A stretch of 64,000 nucleotides of DNA, taken from Octopus vulgaris. Its lineage: Eukaryota. Location: NCBI GenBank assembly GCA_951406725.2, contig OX597827.1, positions 19,096,001 to 19,160,000 of the forward strand, read 5' to 3'. Position 1 is the stretch's first letter. Each line of letters opens with the position of its first letter. The notes beneath the pieces were generated by a model, which was given only the letters and a program-made list of their open reading frames with translations, ran no database searches and was not told where the DNA came from. The position numbers were made by a program, and so were the translations under genes. This document shows, one piece after another, positions 54,113 through 64,000 of the stretch.

Positions 54113-54426
54113 ATAGAAAGTTAGAGAGACAGATGATCAGAGAGATAACGAGGGTGAGTGTGTATGTGTCAGGAATCCTTATCGATCTCAATGTTTGCTT
54201 ATTATGCTCCTGTATCAATATCAATAAGCAAATTTACCTGCTGCTTTGTTCATTGCCGTTGTTATTGTTGCTGGTGATGCTGTCGGTGTTGATGACGGAG
54301 TTGTGTTTGCGATGGTGGTGGTGGTGGTGGTGGTGGTGGTACGACGTTATCTTTTATTTACCTTTTCGCTTTAGACAAAGATGTTGCTGCCTCCTACATA
54401 CATACATACATACATACATACATACA

Positions 54427-55881
<1,455 letters not shown>

Positions 55882-55889
55882 TATATATA

Positions 55890-56507
55890 TGACTGACCAT
55901 GAGATTGCACCTAGAAAGTTACCCTCCCAGGCACAAGTCCGGGCAAGGTTGTTTATGGAAGATCAGCAGTCGCCCATGCATACCGGCCTCCCATCTCCAT
56001 GGTCAACCCATGTTATCCAAGGGAAAGGCAAAGGGGCCAATACAGCTTGGCACCAGTGAAGTCGCAACTCATTTCTACTGCTGAAGGAACTGGAGCAACG
56101 TGAAATAAAGTGTCTTGCTCAAGAACACAACACGCTGCCCGGTCCGGGATTCGAACTCACAACCTCACGATCGTAAGCTGGACGCTCTAACCACTGAGTC
56201 ATGCGCCTTTATTGTATGTATGTATGTATGTATGTATGTAGGAGGAGGCAGCAACATCTTTCTCTATAATATTTATATCATAACATTATATGTTTCTTTA
56301 TTACCCACAGGGGGCTAAACATAGAGGAGACAAACAAAGGAATTAAGTTGATTACATCGACCCCAGTGCGTAACTGGTACTTAATTTATCGACCCCGAAA
56401 GGATAAAAGGCAAAGTCGACCTCGGCGGAATTTGAACTCAGAACGTAACGGCAGACGAAATACGGCTACGCATTTCGCCCGGCGTGCTAACGGTTCTGCC
56501 AGCTCGA
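55890..56507 (-). mobile_element. SINE A (55890-56209) and SINE D (56290-56507)
   Basis: Homology to other copies. Confidence 0.85.
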
Positions 56508-56907
56508 AGTAACAATGTACGGTCCTGGGCAAACTGCTGACACCCACCCTATCAGGAGGACTCAAGCCATGTCCAACCTAAATTTCCACAAAGCAAACTA
56601 GAAATCAATCCGCAAAGAGATCCACAATCAAAACTGGCCTGACAACCTGTGATCTGACAAAACAATGATCTAGAACTATGTCACTTTCTGTCGACTGTGC
56701 AAGCTCCCCAGAGACAAGAAAATCCTTATGAGACACAGAATGTCTCGAACCAGTTGAATAGAGAACTGAAGGATAGTAAAAACGCTAAATTAAGACTGAC
56801 GCTGCTGGAGATTGAAAACAAAATTAAACTCTCCCATGAAAATGAAAGGGCACAGAAAGAGAGCTGTAGAAAGCATAAAAAACAAAGCCCAAAGGCTTTC
56901 TATAAAT

Positions 56908-57324
56908 TTACTCTTTTACTCTTTTACTTGTTTCAGTCATTTGACTGTGGCCATGCTGGAGCACCGCCTTTAGTCGAGCATATCGACCCCAGGACTTATT
57001 CTTTGTAAGCCTAGTACTTATTCTATCGGTCCCTTTTGCCAAACCGCTAAGTTACGGGGACATAAACACACCAGCATCGATTGTCTAGCGATGTTGGGGG
57101 ACAATCACAGACACACAAACGTATACACACACACACACACACACAAACACATATATATATATACATATATATGATGGGCTTCTTTCAGTTTCCGTCCACC
57201 AAATCTACTCACAAGGCTTTGGTCGGTCCGAGGCTATAGTAGAAGACACTTGCCTAAAGTGCCACGCAGTGGGACTGGATCCAGAACCATGTTGTCGGTA
57301 AGCAAGCTACTTACCACACAGCCT
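56908..57324 (-). mobile_element. SINE group C inserted in the LINE
   Basis: Tail, body and 5'-clipped head. Confidence 0.9.
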
Positions 57325-57339
57325 ATAAAAGTAACATGC

Positions 57340-57401
57340 CTCCTCGGCGGGGAATCGAACCCCGGTCTCCCGCGTGACAGGCGGGGATACTTACCACTAT
57401 A
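57340..57401 (-). pseudogene. 5'-truncated tRNA-Asp(GTC) copy
   Basis: TATAGTGGTAAGTATCCCCGCCTGTCACGCGGGAGACCGGGGTTCGATTCCCCGCCGAGGAG matches metazoan tRNA-Asp from about nt 11; 5' acceptor strand missing. Confidence 0.88.
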
Positions 57402-57758
57402 GTACTGTTGTTAAGGAAACCGCAACAGTACAGTATAAAATAGGACCTCTGTTCCAATTGAATGGCTCACTGACTGCGGACCCCGAAAGGATAAATGAAG
57501 TGATCAGTATGCAATTTTAAAGTGTCTTTATCTCTCCACTGAGTCACATGCAGATAAAAAAAAAACCCAGCTGATTTCTTTGACTATGCAATCCTGCAGA
57601 AAAAGACGGCAGCCATTACCTACCTTGACATTGAAGAGGAAGATGTAATAGTGGCCATAGACGAAATGAGCTCAAACTCAGCAACCGGCCCCGATGGTTT
57701 CCTATCTATTCTCTTAAAGTCATGAAAACAGGAATTAGCGGGACCACTTCTGATACTC

Positions 57759-58183
57759 GGATGTTTTCGGTTTGAGCGGCAGTTTTTAGCATAATTTCTA
57801 GGTAACTAAAAAATTTTTAACTTGGTATACTAGTAGAATGTGTATATAAAACATCTTTTTCTCTTGGCTTTATTGAGAAAATTCTATAGTTTGTAATATA
57901 TTTGTTCTTTTTTTTTTCTTCAATTTCTACAATTTCAACCAATCAATGACCGTCTATTGAGATAAAATGCATTCTGTGCCGTATGAATATGTCCCTCGTT
58001 TAAGAAACAGATTGGGTTTATTTACATTTCTGAAGAAAAAAAATACCCTTCCCCCCACCCCTAGCCCTAACCATAACCCTAAAACAGATTGAAATGAAAT
58101 AGATCGATACTAGGGTCACAATTATGGGTGACAATTTCATATGACACCGCTAGAAAAAACTGCCGTTCAAACCGAAAAGATCC
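57759..58183. mobile_element. Second copy of the 8-bp-TSD MITE, inserted in the LINE
   Basis: TIRs as at 39059; TSD TGATACTC/GGATACTC. Confidence 0.88.
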
Positions 58184-59190
58184 GGATACTCTTCCAGAAT
58201 TTCGTTGCAAATGGTAAACTTCCCAAAAAGCTAAAAGAAGGCAGAGCAGAGGCTAACAACTACAGACCCATCTCTTTGACTTCACATATCAGCAGAGTCA
58301 TGGAGCGAATCGTTAGAAAGAAACGGATAACATTCCTAGAAGAAAATGACTTGCTGAACGATGGAAGTCAGCATGGCTTCCGTCCAGGCAGAGATTGCTT
58401 CACACAGCTCTGACGGCATTATGACTGAGTCCTGAAGCAGCTGCTTGACCGTTCAAATGTCGATGTGATATATCTTGACTTTGCAAAGGCCTTTGACAAA
58501 GTTGATCATATGTCACAAGTTGCGAAGCCTTGGTTATAGCTGGTAAACTAAGAGAGTGGCTGCATGACTTCCTAAACGATAGTAGCCAGACAGTTGCAGC
58601 CAATGGTGCACTCTCTAGGAAAGCACAAATTTTGAACTTTGTCCCCCAGGGAACTTTTTATGGCCATTACTGTTTATAGTAACCCTGAGACATGTCCACT
58701 GTCACTCAGACAAAGAAGATTGCCACAGTCCAGCAGATGAAGCATAGAGAGAGAGGCTGAAAAAACTACGGCTCTACTCACTAGAGCGCAGACGTGAGAG
58801 ATATGTAATAATTTACATGTGGAAAATACTGGAAGGGTTAGTACCTAATTTTTGCATCAAGCGTTATATGAATTCTCGTACTGGACGCCATTGCATAGTA
58901 CCGAAGGTACCGTCCAATGCATCTGATATAAGAACCATGTACTGCAATAGCCTAGGGCTCAGAGGACGACAGCTCTTCAACGCTTAGCGAAAACAAGTGA
59001 GAAACTTACACGATATAAATGTGGAAATCTTTAAAAAGAAACAGGACACTCTCCTATCCACAATACCAGACGAACCAATGGCTCGACATGACGCATAGTT
59101 GAGGGCAGCAGTGTCAAATTCCCTCATGCATCAGATAGGCCATCGATTATTTTGATGGGGTCGCATCAGTCGGAGGAGAGGAACAACGAA

Positions 59191-59302
59191 AAGATTGTAG
59201 AGAGGGTACAAAAATAAAGAGTGAAAAGAAATTAATGGTGGTGCTCCAGCATGACCATAGCCACCTGGTTGAAACACATAAAATAATATATTTATATATA
59301 CA

Positions 59303-59369
<67 letters not shown>

Positions 59370-59488
59370 CTGTGTGTATATATATAAATATATTCTTTTG
59401 TGTGTTTCAACCAGGTGGCTATGGTCATGCTGGAGCACCACCATTAATTTCTTTTCACTCTTTATTTTTGTACCCTCTCTACAATCTT
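59191..59488. repeat. Inverted duplication of the LINE 3' end centred on a (TA)n tract
   Basis: 59191-59335 is the reverse complement of 59362-59488. Confidence 0.92.
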
Positions 59489-59489
59489 G

Positions 59490-59531
<42 letters not shown>

Positions 59532-59581
59532 CAGACAGACAGACTGACAGATACATTTATATATACATATATTATACATGT

Positions 59582-59707
<126 letters not shown>

Positions 59708-60020
59708 CATAAGTACGTACATACAAACATACACACACACACTCACATACACACACACATATATCTGTATGTGTGCATATAAAAGAATACATATATATGT
59801 ATATATAAATATAGGCATGCTTGCATATAAATACATATAAATATATGTACGCTTGCAAATATGGAAACCTATTATGTATGCAAACGTGCCATTCTCAAAC
59901 ACATCTGAATTTGTACAAAACCAAGGTAAATCTATTCTTTGGTGTTCATAGGAAATTTTAAAGAAGGGATTAAAAGATTCCAACGGTATGACAGAAGTGA
60001 AATAGAATTTTATAAAAGAA

Positions 60021-60387
60021 CTAGCAGTATCGCCCGGCGTTGCTCGGGTTTGTAAGGGAAATAACTATATAAGCATTTTTAGAGAGTTATAGCCAAAAAA
60101 TAGCCAAAAAATGAAAATAAATTATAGTAAATTTTTTTTTAAATCGTTGACTCATCGTAGACATTTTTAGAGAGTTACTTCCCTTATATTTAAAAAATAT
60201 GCGTTAAAATGGAAAAAAATTATGGTAAATTCTTTTTAAAATCGTAGCCTCATCGTAGACGCGCGATATGAATCACGACTATAAGATACCCGGTTTTGGT
60301 TAAACTGCACCGCAAAATGTGGGAGTAGTTAGGAATCTAAATCGAAGGGGACAGACACTCACACAACTACAGTTTTATATATAAAGA
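60021..60387 (-). mobile_element. Non-autonomous Helitron
   Basis: Minus strand A|TC...CCCGAGCAACGCCGGG hairpin...CTAG|T; homologous to 63379-63919. Confidence 0.85.
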
Positions 60388-60643
60388 TGTGTTATACCAT
60401 AAAAAAAACAGATATGGTAAATGGCTTGTTCTGCGACCATGCATATTTACATCGAGTTATTTTCTCATCCATTCAGTTAGTATCTAAAGATAGCTGTTGT
60501 CAATCAAGTCGCCATTTGTAGCTATGTCTAGCTGTTAGGGTTGACCAGCATTTCAAGCTTTGATGCTTGCAATGTAGTAATGGCCGATCTAGTGTAATTA
60601 GTCGCAGGAGACATAATTTGAAGATCCAGTAGATAAAGATAAC

Positions 60644-60712
<69 letters not shown>

Positions 60713-60801
60713 GGATGGATGGATGGATGGATGGATGGATGGATGGACGGACGGACGGGTGGGTGGGTGGGTGGGTGGATGGATGGATGGATGGATGGAT
60801 G

Positions 60802-60835
<34 letters not shown>

Positions 60836-60844
60836 CAGATAGAT

Positions 60845-61582
60845 AGATATGTTTCTTTATTAGCCACACAGGGCTGCACACAGACGGGACAAATTACAAG
60901 GTAGAGCTTTTCTTTTGGGGATAAAAAAGGGGGGTTGGTTTTCGATCAAAAGGGATCGTAAAAGGAAAGAAAGAGGAAAGCAAAAAAGGGGGGGGGGGTA
61001 AAAATAAAAGGAAAAAGAAAAATCGATCAATAGGGATCGTTATCAAAGAAATGTCAATATAAAATGTAAAGGAGAAGACAGGTGAGGTTTACCCGTGAAA
61101 CGGAAAAGACCACGGTAACCTCGGTCAATGAAGTCACATGTTACATTTTTTTTTTACAAATAAGTAACTCTCTGTATTAAATGTTTACCGTTCATAGGAT
61201 CATGTTCAAGGTGGCTTCATCATTCATACGTGCCATCCTTGCTACATTTACCCATCTTTTTTTAAAACTTTCACTAGACAAAACTTGCCTCTCTACTCTC
61301 ACTTTCCTCTTCAAGTGATACTTGAAGAAGTTGAGAGATTGACCAGAGAGGAAAGTGTTTGTCTCTAATCCTTTCAGGCGTGTCCACCAGATACATTCTT
61401 TCGCCATAGCCACAAGTATGATAAAAATAGCTCTTTCGGCTGATAAACCGACACGTCCCACACGTGACAGCAGTCGTTCGACATAAGTCCACAGGTCGGA
61501 GATTGTTGGACACTGCACGATTGCGTGCAGAACGGTTTCGTCGCTCTGACCGCATCTCGGGCAGGTCGGCCCCGTGTTTCTC
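60845..61582 (-). mobile_element. L1/Tx1-like LINE 3' end with CCHC zinc-knuckle remnant
   Basis: CPRCGQSDETVLHAIVQC; 3'UTR ends in AATAAA and runs into (TATC)n/(TCCA)n. Confidence 0.8.
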
Positions 61583-61689
61583 GAGGCTACAGTAGAAGAC
61601 ACTTGCCTAAGGTGCCACGGAAAGGTGGGCTGAACCCGAAACCATGTAGTTGGGAAGCAAGCTTTCTACCACACAACCATGCCAGCACC

Positions 61690-61721
<32 letters not shown>

Positions 61722-62326
61722 CACACACACTTCTGATACATACGTATGTTGTAACATGCTGCCTGCAAATGAACACTGATTTACCCAGGGGCTTACAATA
61801 CTGTTTAGATGACCTTGACTATACTCTACGTACCCTTAATGCGAATCATAATTCGGGGAAAAGTTCATGGGAAAAAATTCTTTCGATTCGTGATGATGAA
61901 GAACAATTAATGCCGCCATTAAATGAAGAAGGATGTTTTGTTTTTGTTTTTTGTTTTTTGTTTTGCTTTTTTTTTTGTTATGAACGTCACCAGAACAGAG
62001 TTGTAATGGCGACACGAAGCAGTCATTTCTTATGGCTGGCGATGTTCATTGTCAAGAACATCAAAACAAAAGCAATAAAACAGAAAAGCAAAAGCAGGCA
62101 GCCAACCGGTTTACTGATGTTTTTTCGTGACAATGTCTTATGTGTCAATGTGCTGCTGGGTAAAGAGGAAGAATAAAAAGACTAAGAAACTGTAAACATG
62201 AAAAAAAAAATTAGAAAGAAAATCAAAAATAGTTCCACTGAAAAAAAAAATTTTAGACTAAATTTATTATGCATGAATTGAGAGAAAAGAGTCAGTGTCT
62301 TCATAGACATAGATATATATCATCAG

Positions 62327-62710
62327 TGGAGGCGCAATGGCCCAGTGGTTAGGGCAGCGGACTCGCGGTCCTAGGATCGTGGTTTCGATTCCCAGACCGG
62401 GCGTTGTGAGTGTTTATTGAGCGAAAACACCTAAAAGCTCCACGAGGCTCCAGCATGAGGTGGTGGCGATCCCTGCTGTACTCTTTCACCACAACTTTCT
62501 CTCACTCTTACTTCCTGTTTCTGTTGTACCTGTATTTCAAAGGGCCGGCCTTGTCACTCTCTGTGTCATGCTGAATATCCCCGAGAACTACGTTAAGGGT
62601 ACACGTGTCTGTGGAGTGCTCAGCCACTTCCACGTTAATTTCACGAGCAGGCTGTTCCGTTGATTCGGATCAACCGGAACTCTCATCGTCGTAACCGACG
62701 GAGTGCTTCC
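62327..62710 (+). mobile_element. SINE group B2
   Basis: TSD ATATATCATCA on both sides. Confidence 0.9.
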
Positions 62711-63378
62711 ATATATCATCAGTTATAAACCTTCTACCCAAAAGAGCTTTTAGATCCATAACAAAAGCAGTAACACGACAGAAAAGACAGTCGATGGGAT
62801 AAAACAAACGACGAAGTTGATATCAGATATTCAAATAAGTTTGTAGAGCAAATTATACAACACAAAAAATGCAAATTCAAGACGATGAACATAGTATAGA
62901 GGAATAAAAAAAAACCCCACCATACACACAATGTATTAGAATGTATTACGTGAACTAAATTCACCCCCTGGCTGTAGAAATAGATGGAACACGTTATCTA
63001 GACTACGTATCAAATAGAATACAGCTTCCATTGCACTCAATCACAATGCGGTATTAATAATACATCATAAAAGCAGATAAAATTAAAAGTCTCTTCATCA
63101 GCAACACGCCACAAGACTATAAGCTGCTGAATAAACTTAAGTAAGATGACTAATGTAATTTACAAATTCATAAGCGATCTAGAAAGTTCTAAACTTCGCC
63201 ACTCTAAGTATTACTTCAGAGAGACACAAACTCGTACTGCCATCAATCGCCTGTTGCCACATACGTCTTATAAATACACACACACAGAAAATATGCGTCA
63301 TTACAATGCATTATAACACGTGACAGACAGACATACACAATACGTCGAATAACATACATACTTACGTACATACATATA

Positions 63379-63422
<44 letters not shown>

Positions 63423-64000
63423 TGAGGTTGTGTGGTGTCTGTCTCCTAGGATTTAGATTCCTAACTACTCCCACATTTTGCGGTGCAGTGTAACCAAAAG
63501 CGGGTATCTTATAGTCGTGATTCATATCGAGCCCTTCTGGGTATTAGCGCGCGTCTACGATAAGTCTACGATTTTAAAAATAATTTAACATAATTTTTTT
63601 ATTCCATTTTAATGCATAATTTTTCGTGTGTCGATGTCAGCGGAGTTGGCGTCCATGGTCACACCTGCACCTGTTTGCTTCTCCCCCTTCTTCCCTCCCT
63701 CGTGAAGCTGTGGGGAAGGGAGTGTAAGGAAATCAACGTCGTAATGCGTTGTCAAGGAGACCAGCGTTCTTTTAGAACAACGACTTCATGGCTTGAAGAC
63801 ACCAAAACAGAAATGGCTAAGAAAGCCCGAATTGGCATCTATAAGGGAAGTAACTCTCTAAAAATGCTTATATAGTTATTTCCCTTACAAACCCGAGCAA
63901 CGCCGGGCGATACTGCTAGTATATATATATATATAAAAAGTGAGGTTGTGTGGTGTCTGTCTCCTACGATTTAGATTCCTAACTACTCCCACATTTTGCA
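63379..64000 (+). mobile_element. Non-autonomous Helitron (63379-63919) and the start of a head-to-tail second copy
   Basis: A|TC start, subterminal hairpin, CTAG|T at 63916-63920; the 5' sequence AAAAGTGAGGTTGTGTGGTGTCTGTCTCCTA restarts at about 63935. Confidence 0.85.

Larger units (their letters stand above)
56510..59285 (+). pseudogene. Decayed LINE ORF2 (linker, RT, C-terminus and 3'UTR) with nested insertions
   Basis: LNFHKAN, ATGPDGFLS, NNYRPISLTSH, QHGFRPGR, YLDFAKAFDKVDH, VPQG, ERLKKLRLYSLERRRERY; same family as 9980-11345. Confidence 0.9.

Overview
Eukaryotic, AT-rich, extremely microsatellite-dense genomic DNA. The SINE and microsatellite make-up points to a coleoid cephalopod, probably Octopus (inference, not verified). 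No intact protein-coding gene is recognisable, and almost all ORFs in the track are translations of microsatellites. The window is a mosaic of four tRNA-derived SINE groups (my labels A-D), decayed non-LTR retrotransposons (a CR1/L2/I-group-like LINE whose 3' stem-loop is shared with SINE C, L1/Tx1-like 3' ends, an RTE-like non-autonomous element), decayed Tc1/mariner-superfamily transposons (mariner, DD37D maT, Tigger/pogo), an 8-bp-TSD MITE carrying CCCTAA repeats, non-autonomous Helitrons, a 5'-truncated pre-tRNA-Asp retrocopy and a few weak candidate exons. The most notable signal is a set of short non-coding elements embedded in (TA)n tracts. They carry hammerhead-ribozyme-like cores with palindromic helix III, and inverted or direct duplications of their own 3' ends, which is Penelope-like pLTR/retrozyme architecture. 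Long fold-back hairpins are also unusually common. All alignments were done by eye; boundaries are approximate unless a TSD or TIR is quoted.
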